From contig CAWBOD010000012.1 in NCBI GenBank assembly GCA_963790345.1, forward strand, positions 10,118 to 74,117: a stretch of 64,000 bases of DNA, read 5' to 3'. The notes beneath the pieces are model-generated. The model worked only from the letters and a program-made list of their open reading frames with translations. It did not search any database and was not told the origin of the DNA. This DNA is from an uncultured Acidimicrobiia bacterium (GTDB lineage: Bacteria > Actinomycetota > Acidimicrobiia > Spongiisociales > ZC4RG35). A program made the position numbers and the translations under genes. This document shows positions 1-10,154 of the stretch, piece after piece (the stretch's first letter is position 1; each line of letters begins with the position of its first letter).

Positions 1-494
1 TTGCGGAGAGCGCCTTCCACGGTGATGACCAGAAACGGCATCGCCACGAACGTGTTGGCTACCACCACCCCCCAGGTCGAGAAGGGCAGCAGCAGTCCGG
101 TTAGTTGATTGACCGGCTCCCCAATCAATCCCCGTCGACCAAGAGCGAAGAGCAGGGCCGCTCCCCCAACCACCGGCGGCAGCACCAACGGCAGGGTGAC
201 AACGCCCCGGACCAGGGTTCGGCCCGGAAACTCGATCCGGGCCAACAGCCAGGCCAGGGGAACCCCGACCAGCGCCGAGATCGCAGTCGCAGCCAGCGAC
301 GTCACCAGCGAAAGCCGGAGGGCGTCGGTCACGACCTCCCCGGCGAGGAGGCCGGGAAGATCGGACCAAGGGGTTCTCGCCAAGAGCCCCGCCAGGGGCA
401 CCGCGAACACCGCCAGCCCGAGGACTCCCAGCACCACCAGGACGGCGGGCGGGTTGCCTCGCGACAGTCGACCTCGGGAATGCTGCCTGATCAA
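1..494 (-). CDS. modB: Molybdate ABC transporter permease ModB, 5' part only (gene continues past window start)
   Basis: Own minus-strand translation from 488 downward reads RQHSRGRLSRGNPPAVLVVLGVLGLAVFAVPLAGLLARTPWSDLPGLLAGEVVTDALRLSLVTSLAATAISALVGVPLAWLLARIEFPGRTLVRGVVTLPLVLPPVV. This is a ModB/CysTW-type permease N-terminus. A possible TTG start at 494-492 overlaps the modA stop (TTGA). It is absent from the ORF track because it runs off the window. Confidence 0.75.
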   Translation of the reverse strand, partial: MIRQHSRGRLSRGNPPAVLVVLGVLGLAVFAVPLAGLLARTPWSDLPGLLAGEVVTDALRLSLVTSLAATAISALVGVPLAWLLARIEFPGRTLVRGVVTLPLVLPPVVGGAALLFALGRRGLIGEPVNQLTGLLLPFSTWGVVVANTFVAMPFLVITVEGALR

Positions 495-1310
495 GGGGAC
501 GAGAACCCGAATCCGACCAGGATCGCCTGTCCTTCATCGGAAAGGACGAAGTCCACAAACGCCGCCGCCGCCTCGGGATTGGGAGCGTTGACCAAAGCCG
601 CGATCGGATAGGCGGCAACCACGTTGAACTCCTCAGGGATCACGACCCCTTCCACCGCCCCGGCCGTGGACAAGACATCGGTCACATAGACGATCCCGGC
701 GTCCAACTCACCAGCTTCCACCTTGGTCAGCAAAGCCCGCACATCGGGCTCATTGGTATCGATGGCCGGGGTCACCCCGGCCTTCTCCAAGGCCTCACGG
801 CCGAAACTGCCACACGGCACCTCCTCGGCGCACAACCCGATCAGAAGATCATCATTGGCGAAGTCGTCGAGCCCGGTAACACCCGCCGGATTGCCGGCCG
901 GGACCGCGATCTGCAACTCGTTGAGAACGAAGATATCTGCCTCGCCTTCGACTTCGCCCGCCTCTGCGACTTGATCCATGTTGGAAGTGTTGGCCGAGGC
1001 GAACACATCCGCCGGAGCACCCTCCAGGATCTGTTCCCGCAGAGACGAGCTGCTCCCCAGATTCAACACCACATCCACCTCCGGGATTGGCTGCCTCAAA
1101 CGCCGCCTCCACCTCGGCGAAGGCGTCGGTCAACGAGGCCGCCGCCGAAACCAACAACTCCCCCTCGAGACCAGCCGCTGTGGTCGTGGTGGGCGCCGCT
1201 GTCGGTGGTGGTGGACTCGACGACGTGGTGGTGGTGTCGACTCCCGTCCCACCACATGCCCCCAGTACCAACAGCACGCTCGCCAGGAGAACCAAGCGGT
1301 GTCTAAGCAT
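491..1310 (-). pseudogene. modA: Periplasmic molybdate-binding lipoprotein ModA, one apparent frameshift near 1082
   Basis: ORF 852..1310 gives a lipoprotein signal (MLRHRLVLLASVLLVLGACGG) and ...LLVSAAASLTDAFAEVEAAFEAANP. ORF 491..1099 continues with EVDVVLNLGSSSSLREQILEGAPADVFASAN...YPIAALVNAPNPEAAAAFVDFVLSDEGQAIL. The two are halves of one ModA, joined at a C/G run. Confidence 0.85.
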
Positions 1311-1323
1311 GAAGAGTCTCCAT

Positions 1324-1360
1324 ATTCTCGTTGTGACTACCTCTTAGTCGCAATGAGAAT
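1324..1360. promoter_or_regulatory. Imperfect 16-bp inverted repeat in the divergent modA-padR intergenic region (candidate operator)
   Basis: The sequence is ATTCTCGTTGTGACTA-cctct-TAGTCGCAATGAGAAT, with 14/16 arm positions complementary. It lies between the modA start (1310) and the padR start (1425). Confidence 0.35.
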
Positions 1361-1424
1361 ACGAAGCAGGTACGACCGCCGCAAACACCGACCTGCCGAT
1401 CGCAGTCCTAGCCTTCGCCGAAGG

Positions 1425-1957
1425 ATGCCCCGCGTCGAAACGTCAGACCTGTCGCTAACCGAGTACGCCGTCCTCGGAGTCCTCGCCGAACACCCCGCCC
1501 ACGGGTTTGCGATCTCCAAAGCACTCGCCCCCGGCGGACCGGTCGGACGAGTCCTTACTGTGCGCCGGCCGCTCACCTATCGGGCCCTCGATCGCCTCGT
1601 GGAATTCGGCTTGGCCGCAGCTGTCCACACCGAACCAGGCGACGCCGGTCCGGAACGAATCATTCACCGCATCACCCCCCCGGGAAAGAGGCGGCTCAAA
1701 AACTGGCTCAGCGAGCCCGTCCAACACATCCGAGACATGCGAATCGAATTCCAACTGAAGGTCACCCTCCTGAACCGAGCCGGGCAGTCACCTCTTGCCC
1801 TGGTCCGGGCCCAGCGAGTCGTCCTGCAGCCGACACTGGCCGCCCTCGACAGCACCACCGAGCAACCCCCGACCATGTCGAGCTTTGGCGGCAACACAAC
1901 GCTGCGGCCACGGACGCCTACCTGAGACATCTCGAAGCCCTCTATCAGCCCACGTGA
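1425..1957 (+). pseudogene. PadR family transcriptional regulator, one apparent frameshift in the C5 run at 1866-1870
   Basis: MPRVETSDLSLTEYAVLGVLAEHPAHGFAISKALAPGGPVGRVLTVRRPLTYRALDRLVEFGL...ITPPGKRRLKNWL is a PadR winged helix. After the C5 run the +1 frame reads DHVELWRQHNAAATDAYLRHLEALYQPT*, which is a much more natural C-terminus than the in-frame tail. Confidence 0.8.
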
Positions 1958-2111
1958 GCTCGGTCGAGCCATGACAACCCACCGGAGGTAGAGCTGGCAT
2001 TCCTCCTGGTGAGACTCGCTTCCGATCGATCTCCGACAAATCCTTGAGGGGCTGCTTGTAGATACACCTTGTCACCACTTGGTGGCGGATTCCTCCATTG
2101 AAAGGAATGAG

Positions 2112-2470
2112 ATGAACTACAAGCGTGGACCTTCGTACCTGCTCGCCCTCGCTCTCGTTGTTGTTGCGACCGGATCGGGTGAGGCATGGCGTTCTCTGAG
2201 CCCAGAACCACGATCACGGCTCCCGCCAATACCGGCGTCGCCAATTCGGTGCCGATCCCCGAGCGCCGACCACCGGTTGGTTGGTCTGGACAGGGCTACT
2301 TGTCCGACTTCGCGCAATGCATGACTGACTTGGGCTGGGAGGCCACATACGAATCCCGAGTCGGCCTCCTCCTCGGTGAGATTCCCTTTTCGCTGAAGAT
2401 AGAACGAGAAAGAGCGATGAGCCTTTGCGTCGCGAGCGCCCGTCCCTCCCGCGGCATTTATGCCGACTGA
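2112..2470 (+). CDS. Hypothetical small secreted/membrane-anchored protein, possibly frameshifted near 2180
   Basis: MNYKRGPSYLLALALVVVATGSGE is a hydrophobic N-terminus (ORF 2079..2324). ORF 2186..2470 reads ...GWSGQGYLSDFAQCMTDLGWEATYES. No family recognised. Confidence 0.25.
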
Positions 2471-2555
2471 AGACTCGCTGGACCTAGGGCCCGATTTCCC
2501 GGCCTCCAGCAATTGGCTATTGACCATTCTTTGTTCGCGCAGACACAATCCGCAG

Positions 2556-3227
2556 ATGGGCGAGCAACAAGACCATCAGCATGGTCACGGTCACCACCAC
2601 GACCAGGGCTGGCGGGCGATCGTCCGCTACCTTCGGTTCTCCCGGAGTATGTGGATGTCTCCGGTAAACCGTGAAGTGATCAGGCGGCTAGACATCCATG
2701 CGGGTGAGAGGGTTCTGGACATCGGCGCGGGCATGGGACCAGGTTCTGTTCTGGCGATCAAGGCGGGGGCCCACGTTGTCGCGGTCGACCCGATGCCGTT
2801 CATGCGAGTGGTCCTCCGAGTGCGTCGGCTTTGGCAGCGCGGTGGCCATCGAATTGAGATCCTCGATGGCGCCGCCGAGCAAATCCCTGAAGCGGATGCC
2901 AATGTCGACGCTGTCTGGGCTGTCAACGCGATGCACCACTGGACCGACCTCGACGCGGCCATCGGAGAGATCAGGAGGGTCCTACGCCGCGGTGGTCGGC
3001 TGCTGTTAGTCGACGAGGACTTCGACGACCCGGCCCATGAGGACCATGAGCGGCTCCGCGCACGCCGTCACGATCTCGAGTTCGACCACATCGATCCCTC
3101 CGAGGTCGGCAACAAGCTTGCAGTTGCCGGATTCGTCGTCGAGGAAGCCGAGCGCGACGACTTTCGCCGGACAACCAGCGAAGCTGGTCAAAGCAACCAA
3201 GGCGTGATCCCGGCTTCTGGTACTTGA
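2556..3227 (+). CDS. Class I SAM-dependent methyltransferase with His-rich N-terminus
   Basis: MGEQQDHQHGHGHHHDQGW..., then the VLDIGAGMGPGS SAM-binding motif I and RVLRRGGRLLLVDE. The ATG at 2556 is preferred over the ORF-track start at 2460. The 3' end is uncertain: an alternative frame stops at 3207. Confidence 0.8.
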   Translation: MGEQQDHQHGHGHHHDQGWRAIVRYLRFSRSMWMSPVNREVIRRLDIHAGERVLDIGAGMGPGSVLAIKAGAHVVAVDPMPFMRVVLRVRRLWQRGGHRIEILDGAAEQIPEADANVDAVWAVNAMHHWTDLDAAIGEIRRVLRRGGRLLLVDEDFDDPAHEDHERLRARRHDLEFDHIDPSEVGNKLAVAGFVVEEAERDDFRRTTSEAGQSNQGVIPASGT

Positions 3228-3295
3228 CCTATCGCAGCTTGATTGCTGAAGACAACTCCGGCCTACAGTCGTTGCGACCCGAGTGAGGAGCTGGC

Positions 3296-4187
3296 TTGAT
3301 ACTGCTGTGCGGTGGGACCGGGATGCTGGGCGGAGCGGGTGGCTCACCGACTGGCCGAGAGCGGACGTGCATTCCGGGTGCTGGTGCGGAAGTCCTCGGA
3401 CACTTCGGCGCTCCGAGCGCTCAATGCGGAGATGGTGGTGGGCGACCTGCGGGATCCCGATAGCCTCGCTGAGGCAGTCCGTGGCGCCGACACCATCATC
3501 AGCACCGCCAACTCCATGGCCCGGGTCCTCGGAGGCGAGAAGAGTCTCACCATCGCCGATGTCGACGTGGCCGGACACGCCGATCTGATCGCCGCCGCCG
3601 AGGCCGCCGGCGTCCAGCGTTTCGTGTTCCTGTCCTTTCATGGCTCGATCCTCGAGTCCGCCAGCCCGTTCTCCAACGCCAAACGAGCGACCGAGATCCG
3701 CCTGGCGGCCTCGCCGATCCGGGAGGTGATCGTGCGGCCGGACATGTTCCAGGAGGTTTGGTTGACACCGCTGGTCAACTTCAATTGGCCGGAACGGAAG
3801 TTCACGATCTTCGGAAAGGGAGACACCGTGCACCGCTATGTCGCGGTCGACGACGTCGCCGCCGGCGTCGTGGGTTGGGCCCTCGCCGATGATCCTCCGA
3901 GGTTGGTCGAGTTCGGAGGACCCGAAGGCCTCACCCGCAATCAGGCGGTCGATCTCTTCGAGCGGGCGATAGGGGCCCCGGTGCAACGCCGCCATGTCCC
4001 CGCGCCGCGCTTGCGGCGGGGGCCACACTGTTGCGGAAGATCAAGCCCAATCTGGCCTCGGTCATGGGGCAGTCGCTGGTTGCTGACAAGCGGCCATCGC
4101 AGGCCGACGACGCCCCGCTGAGGGCGCTCGGAGCTGAACCGACTCCGGCGAGCGACTTCATCCGCCGGAGTCGTCAACTCCGGCTGA
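3296..4187 (+). pseudogene. NmrA/SDR-type NAD(P)-binding oxidoreductase, at least 2 apparent frameshifts (~3330, ~4020); 3' end uncertain
   Basis: A TTG at 3296, preceded by GAGGAG, gives LILLCGGTGMLGG (Rossmann GxxGxxG). The next frame gives RVAHRLAESGRAFRVLVR...GVQRFVFLS...FGGPEGLTRNQAVDLFERA. A third frame gives LRKIKPNLASVMGQSLVADKRPSQADDAPLRALGAEPTPASDFIRR. Confidence 0.75.
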
Positions 4188-4280
4188 CCTCTCGGTCGCC
4201 GATCTGGGCACTCTTGCACAATGTACCTGAGTCAGTTCACCTCGGCTCCAAAACGCAAGATTCGACGGGGTTAGCCTCAG

Positions 4281-5031
4281 TTGGTGACCGAAGCGGGACG
4301 GTTCGAGCCCTATCCAGCCGCATGTCCGTACGTTGTGGCTCGACCTGCAATGTTGCAGCGCTGGGACCGGCTCACCTTCCTGCACTGGAGGTTCGACATC
4401 GACACGGTGCAGGCGCTGTTGCCAACGGGCCTCGAAGTGGAGCCCTTCGATGGCTACGCCTGGGTGGGCCTGGTGCCGTTCTACATGGAGGTCTCAATCC
4501 CCCGCCTGGGAAGGATTCCCTGGTTGTTCAACTTTCCTGAGACCAACGTTCGCACCTACGTTCGCGGCCCGTCCGGAGATGCCGGGGTGTGGTTCTTCTC
4601 ACTCGACGCCGCCCGCTTGGCGGCAGTGGTCACGGCTAGAAGCACCTACCGGGTCCCCTACTTTTGGTCAAGGATGGACGTGCGGCGCCGGGGCGATTCG
4701 ATGACATATTCGACCCGCCGGCGATGGCCCGGGCCCCGTGGGAGGGAATCCCGAATCGAGGTTGAGATCGGTCACAAATACACGCGCGACCGAGCTCACC
4801 GATTTCGATCACTATCTGACCGCCCGATGGACTCTGTACGGAACCTGGGGAGGTCGGCTCTTGATGGCCCGGGCTCAACATCCGCCCTGGCCCCTCCATC
4901 GGGCCCGGTTGCTGTCGTGGCAGGATGGTTTGGTGGAAGCAGCTGGCCTCCCGACGCCAACGACGGCCCCGATCGTCCACTGGTCCCCCGGCGTCGACGT
5001 CCGGGTTGGGTACCCGTGGTTCACGCCTTGA
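4281..5031 (+). pseudogene. DUF2071 (YqjF-like) family protein, one apparent frameshift ~4770
   Basis: ORF 4281.. reads PAMLQRWDRLTFLHWRFDIDTVQALLPTGLEVEPFDGYAWVGLVPFYME...FPETNVRTYV. ORF 4738..5031 reads ELTDFDHYLTARWTLY...HPPWPLHRARLL. Together these match my recollection of DUF2071. Confidence 0.65.
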
Positions 5032-5101
5032 ACGGCGAAGGGCAACCGTTTCTCGTGACGACCTTTCCGCAAAGCAATAGCCAGGTCCGGGTCGCCTCCA
5101 G

Positions 5102-6193
5102 ATGAATATCGGGCAGCTTCCGGTGACACCGCCGGTCGAGCCGATGCTGGCCCGGCTGGTCGACCAGTTGCCTACGGGCTGGTGGTATGAGCCCAAATGG
5201 GATGGGTTCAGGGCAGTGGTGTTCCGGGCGGGTTCCGAGGTATTGATCGAGAGCCGCAACAACCGGCCGATGGCGCGCTACTTCCCCGAAGTGGTGACGG
5301 CGGTCAAGCAGGCTCTTCCCGAGCGATGCGTCGTGGACGGGGAGATCGTCGTCGCCAACCCCGATGACGGGAAGCTCGACTTCTTTTCCCTCCAGCAACG
5401 TTTGCACCCGGCGGCCAGCCGCGTTGCGCTACTCGCTTCCCAGACCCCCGCGACGTTCATCGTGTTCGACCTCCTGGCGCTCGGGGATGAGGATCTGAGA
5501 CCTGTTCCGTTCAAAGATCGCCGCCATCGCCTCGAATCATTGCTCGAGGACAATGCTGCTCCGGTCTTTCTCACACCCGTCACTGTCGACATCGACGAAG
5601 CCAAGAACTGGTTCGCCGCGTTCGAAGGTGCCGGGCTCGATGGAATCGTCGCCAAGCACCCCGACAGCACCTACCAGCCGGGCAAGAGAGTCATGGCCAA
5701 GCTGAAGCACGATCGCACCGCCGATTGTGTCGTGGTCGGTTACCGGACCCACAAGTCGAGCCGCGACGCCGTCGGTTCCCTCCTCCTCGCGGTCTATGCC
5801 GACACGGCGGCCCAGGACGACGATTGGCAGACGATGTTCGGCGGGCTCATCCCCATCGGGGTGGCGGCTTCGTTCCCCGCCGCCCGGCGACGAGAGCTGT
5901 TCGGCGAGCTTGCCCCTTATGTCGTCGATCTGGCCGAGCATCCCTGGGCCGGCGTGGCGGCGGAAGCGGCCGCCTACCCGGGCAGCCGCTGGAACCCGGA
6001 GAAGGACCTTTCATTCACCCCACTTCGGCCCGAACTCGTAGCTGAGGTGCGATTCAATCAACTGGATGGCGGCCGGCTGCGCCACCCCGCGCAGTTCCTG
6101 CGGTGGCGACCAGACCGCGACCCGCTGAGCTGCCGGTTCGATCAGCTCGAGGCGACTTCGTCATTTCGCCTCGATGACATCCTGAGCAAGTGA
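5102..6193 (+). CDS. ATP-dependent DNA ligase (stand-alone ligase domain, LigC-like)
   Basis: Intact 363-aa ORF. EPKWDGFR is nucleotidyltransferase motif I with the adenylated Lys. IVFDLL, GLDGIVAKH and an OB-fold-like C-terminus follow. Confidence 0.9.
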   Translation: MNIGQLPVTPPVEPMLARLVDQLPTGWWYEPKWDGFRAVVFRAGSEVLIESRNNRPMARYFPEVVTAVKQALPERCVVDGEIVVANPDDGKLDFFSLQQRLHPAASRVALLASQTPATFIVFDLLALGDEDLRPVPFKDRRHRLESLLEDNAAPVFLTPVTVDIDEAKNWFAAFEGAGLDGIVAKHPDSTYQPGKRVMAKLKHDRTADCVVVGYRTHKSSRDAVGSLLLAVYADTAAQDDDWQTMFGGLIPIGVAASFPAARRRELFGELAPYVVDLAEHPWAGVAAEAAAYPGSRWNPEKDLSFTPLRPELVAEVRFNQLDGGRLRHPAQFLRWRPDRDPLSCRFDQLEATSSFRLDDILSK

Positions 6194-6254
6194 GCGGTCG
6201 CGAGTCCCGAGTTCGCCAATCGGGGTCCGAATCAGATGGGAATACGCTGTTTGG

Positions 6255-6551
6255 GTGAACTTCGAGTTCTCTGGCGAGCTCTGGTACTGGCGTGGGCCTT
6301 CTCCATTCCACTTCGTCACTGTCCCCGACCACCACTCCCAGGACATCAAGGACATCTCGGGATTCGTCACTTATGGATGGGGGATGATCCCGGCCGAAGT
6401 TCGGATCGGAGGGACCAAATGGAAGACGGCGTTGTGGCCCAAGGACGGCCGCTACATCGTCCCTATCAAAGACTTCGTCCGTAAAGCAGAAAGACTCGAC
6501 CTCGGCGACAAGGTCACGATTCGGCTCGAGGTCCTGGGACAAGAGGCGTGA
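6255..6551 (+). CDS. DUF1905 domain protein
   Basis: 98-aa ORF with a GTG start. FSGELWYWRGPSPFHFVTVP...GWGMIPAEVRIGGTKWKTALWPKDGRYIVPIK resembles DUF1905. Confidence 0.6.
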   Translation: MNFEFSGELWYWRGPSPFHFVTVPDHHSQDIKDISGFVTYGWGMIPAEVRIGGTKWKTALWPKDGRYIVPIKDFVRKAERLDLGDKVTIRLEVLGQEA

Positions 6552-6638
6552 GCAACCTCGGCATCAGCGGTGGCCAGATGGCCTGGGAAACTCGCGACGT
6601 GGGCTGACCTCGGAATTTCAGTGAAACTGAGGAGAGGC

Positions 6639-6819
6639 ATGATGGGTTCGTTTGAAATCGGGTTGGTGCTGCCTATCGCGTAGTTCGGACCGGAGCGAAC
6701 TACGCCTCGGTGGACCAAGCTGCGCGACATCGCCGCCTAGTGAAGAGACAGGTTTTGACACGATCTGGATCGCCGACGAGCTTCTCTGGCAGATGATCGA
6801 ACTCTTGCGATCTCAGTAG
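6639..6819 (+). pseudogene. Truncated remnant of an LLM-class (luciferase-like) flavin/F420-dependent oxidoreductase
   Basis: MMGSFEIGLVLPIA, then TAG, then FGPERTTPRWTKLRDIAA, then TAG. A frame change follows, then EETGFDTIWIADELLWQMIELLRSQ*. Only about 60 of the expected ~300 residues are present, and the next gene starts at 6844. Confidence 0.6.
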
Positions 6820-6843
6820 AAAAACGCGGTCTAGCGTGGGTCG

Positions 6844-8224
6844 ATGATGGAGCCCGGGATCCAGTACGGCCGAACATCCGATGGAGTCAACATCGCTTTT
6901 TGGACGATGGGTGTAGGCATGCCGCTGATCGCAATGCCGTCTATGCCCTGGACCCATCTGCAGCTCGAGTGGACGATTCCGGAGCTGCGGCGCTGGTACG
7001 AGGACCTCGGGCGAGGCCGGTTGCTCGTCCGCTACGACGGCCGCGGATTCGGTCTCTCACAGCGCCAGGTCGATTCGATGTCGCTCGATGCGCAGGTATT
7101 GGACCTCGAAGCGGTCGTTGAGCGCGTCGGGGTCGAACGTTTCGATCTTTACGCTGGCCTGCACTCGGGGCCGGTCGCCATCGCCTACGCAGCGCGCTGG
7201 CCCGAACGAGTCGCCCACCTCGTGCTGTTCTGCTCTTATGCCGACGGTGACGACTTCGGAAGCGGAGCGCTCACCCAGGCGACGCGACCGATCATTCATC
7301 AAGACTGGGAGTTCTACACCGAGGCAGTGGCGCGGTTGCTGCTTGGCTGGTCCGAGCCAGAGGCAGCTCGACGCTTTGCCGGGTTGATGCGCGAGTGCAC
7401 AACGCCGGAGATGGCCCACAGGGCGCTGGCTGCAACCGCGACGTTCGACGTGACCGCGCTCCTTCCCGAGGTGCGTACCCCCACCCTCGTTATGCACCGT
7501 CGCGAGCTCCGCATCGCCACCACTGGACCACGCCCGGTCGCTGGCCGCGGGCATCCCGAACGCCCGCCTGGTGGTGCTGGAAGGGTCGTCGGTGGCTCCC
7601 TATCTCGATGACGTGGGAGCGGTCATCAGAGAGATCAACGCCTTCCTCACCGACAGGCCGGCAACCGAGTCGCCTCGGGCCAGAACCGGAGCGGATTCCC
7701 GCGCTCTACGGATCATCCTGTTTACGGATGTCGAGGGCTCGACCGCGCTGACGCAACAACTGGGCGACGAAGGAGCACGCGACGTTCTGCGGGCCCACGA
7801 GGTGATCGTGCGCCAAGAACTCCGAGACCACGATGGCGCCGAAATCAAGACGATGGGCGATGGGTTCATGGCGTCGTTCGGCTCGGCCACCGGCGCCGTT
7901 GCCTGCGCGATCGCACTCCAGCTTCGGTTTGCGGTGCACAACGACTCGGCCGGTCAGCAGCTCCTCATACGCGTGGGAATGAATGCCGGAGAGCCGATCT
8001 CTGAAGACGACGATCTGTTCGGCACAGCCGTGATTGCCGCGGCGCGCATCGGAGCGCAGGCACATGGAGGTCAGATCCTCGTCTCGGACGTGGTGCGGCA
8101 GCTCGTTGCCGGCAAGGGCTTTTCGTTCGCCGACCGCGGCGAGGTCCACCTGCAAGGCTTCGACGACCCCATGCGGCTCCACGAGGTGCGTTGGGAAAAG
8201 GATCGCTCGTCCGAACCGGCGTAG
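6844..8224 (+). pseudogene. Alpha/beta-hydrolase fused to a class III adenylate/guanylate cyclase domain (LipJ/Rv1900c-like architecture), one apparent frameshift ~7505
   Basis: The N-terminal hydrolase fold reads ...VRYDGRGFGLS...LYAGLHSGP...IPNARLVVLEGS. The C-terminal cyclase reads ILFTDVEGSTALTQQLGDEGARDVLRAH...IKTMGDGFMASF...RVGMNAGEP...LFGTAVIAAARI. Confidence 0.8.
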
Positions 8225-8311
8225 ACGTGGCCGCGCCAAGGTCGCGGTCGCGGCGCTGACCCGTACTGCGGGGCCTCAAGGCCCACCTGACCTCGGCCGA
8301 TAAATGGGTAA

Positions 8312-9494
8312 ATGCCTACATCCGATGGGACCGCGGCCGAAATCCAGCTCATCGTGTCGGCGGCTGCCGTGCCGATGACCATCGTCGACTACACGCCCAT
8401 CATCGAACATTTCGCTGGGTACGATCGCGAACAGGTCGAGAAATTGCTTTCTGACGAGGACGAGTTCCTCGCCTGCCTCCGTCTTCCCCGCATCCTCGCC
8501 TCTAGCCAGGAGTGGGTCGACCTCTACGGATCCCCCCTGGCCGCCGACGCTCCCGACCTCCCCGACCGGCAATTCTCTCGTGATCGGTATCCCGATCTCG
8601 CCCGGAGCATGATGGAGCAGCTCACCGCCCCGATGATGGGCGTCAGCTCCATCGTTAGCGAGCATGTCGCGCCGACCGTGGCTGGGGATGTGGTGGTCCG
8701 CTCACATTGGAAGGCGTCGCAACTGGACGGGGTCGCCAATTACAGCCGGATTGTGATAGTCGATCTCGACGTCACCGACTTGCGCGCGACACAGCGGTCC
8801 CTCACCGATGCAGTCGAGGCCAAGGACCGTCTGGTGGCAACCATCGCCCACGAACTGCGCAACCCCGTGACGTCGATGGTGGGCTTCACCTCCATCCTCG
8901 ATTCCGATTGGGAGGACCTATCTGAGGCCGACCGCCGGGAGATGGCTTCATTGACCGCTACCCAGGCCTCAGACGTCGCCTTGTTGCTCGAGGATCTGTT
9001 GGCCGCCGCCGCCGGACCGACTGTCCCCGTCTCCGACGCAGCCCTCGAACTCGATGAGGTTCTGGCCGGCGTGGATCTAGAAGGGGTGGTCCGTCAGGTC
9101 GAACCCGGGATCATCGTCTGGGGTGACCAGCTCCGGATCCGCCAGATCGTTCGAAATCTGGTGAGCAATGCTCGCCGCTACGGCGGCCCCCACCGTGAGC
9201 TCCATGTCGAGGTGCATCGAGACCAAATACGAATATCGCTACGCGACGACGGGCAAGGTTTGGTCGCAGGGGCTGGCTGGCCGGCTGTTCGAACCCCTGG
9301 CCACCGGAGGTGCCTCCGGTTCGCTCGGGTTGGGTCTATCAGTGTCGCGCCAGTTGGCGCGGGCGATGGGAGGCGACCTCGGATTTGATCGACGCTCCGG
9401 CTGGACGGTGTTCGAGCTCATACTCCGTCGGACCGGGTGGTCCTCAACGATCTCAATCCCCGCCCCTTCGGATTTGACGAGCGTCGGCCCCTGA
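8312..9494 (+). pseudogene. Sensor histidine kinase (PAS-like N-domain, HisKA, HATPase_c), no TM segment evident, one apparent frameshift ~9265
   Basis: The H-box is ATIAHELRNPVTSMVGF. The N-box is IVRNLVSNARRYG. The following frame gives RLFEPLATGGASGSLGLGLSVSRQLARAMGGDLGF. Confidence 0.8.
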
Positions 9495-9540
9495 ACCGGC
9501 TCGAATCGCGGGCTGGCGGCGCACCCTCCTCGCTAAGGGG

Positions 9541-9984
9541 CTAGGAACGTCCCAGCGCTGTCTCGTCGGACTCGGCGGCGCGCTTCATGTCCTGCGCCTC
9601 ACTGGTCAGGTACCGGGTGGTCATGCCCTTCGAAATTAGGCCGAAGACCGGGACAAGCCATCCCTGAATATCCACGGTTAGCGTCAGACGGGAACGGCCT
9701 TCTTCCAACGCGTCGACGCGATGGCCCGCCACGCTGGTGACGCCGCCGGACTTCTGGCGCATTTCGAAGTAAGACGGGGCGTCCCAGACGGTTATGTCCC
9801 ATGTGCCCTCTGGCAGCTTCGGCTGCTTGAGGCGAACACGGCTGCCTTTCGCCACAGGAGCGGGAGTGAGCAGCTCGGCGACATCGACCGTTTCGACACG
9901 GCGCGGCCACGCCTCGATGTCGGAGAGCACGTCCCAAACGCGCTGCGGCTCGGCGTCGATGTCGATGGATTCCTCAAACCGCAT
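9541..9984 (-). CDS. SRPBCC (START/polyketide cyclase-dehydrase-like) family protein
   Basis: Intact 147-aa ORF. MRFEESIDIDAEPQRVWDVLSDIEAWPRRVETV is a typical SRPBCC N-terminus. Confidence 0.75.
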   Translation of the reverse strand: MRFEESIDIDAEPQRVWDVLSDIEAWPRRVETVDVAELLTPAPVAKGSRVRLKQPKLPEGTWDITVWDAPSYFEMRQKSGGVTSVAGHRVDALEEGRSRLTLTVDIQGWLVPVFGLISKGMTTRYLTSEAQDMKRAAESDETALGRS

Positions 9985-10154
9985 CTCGAACCTTGACCCC
10001 CAAGGTTGCTCAGCCAGAGCAGTCGGGGCAGGGTAACTGGCCCGCCCCGGCGTCGACTCCGTTAGAAGTTCGTAAGTCCCAGGTGCGAGCCTTGGGTCAT
10101 GCTTCTGATGACCGCGTGTACCCCGACCTTTTGCCGGCAGGATCGGTAGTTTCC

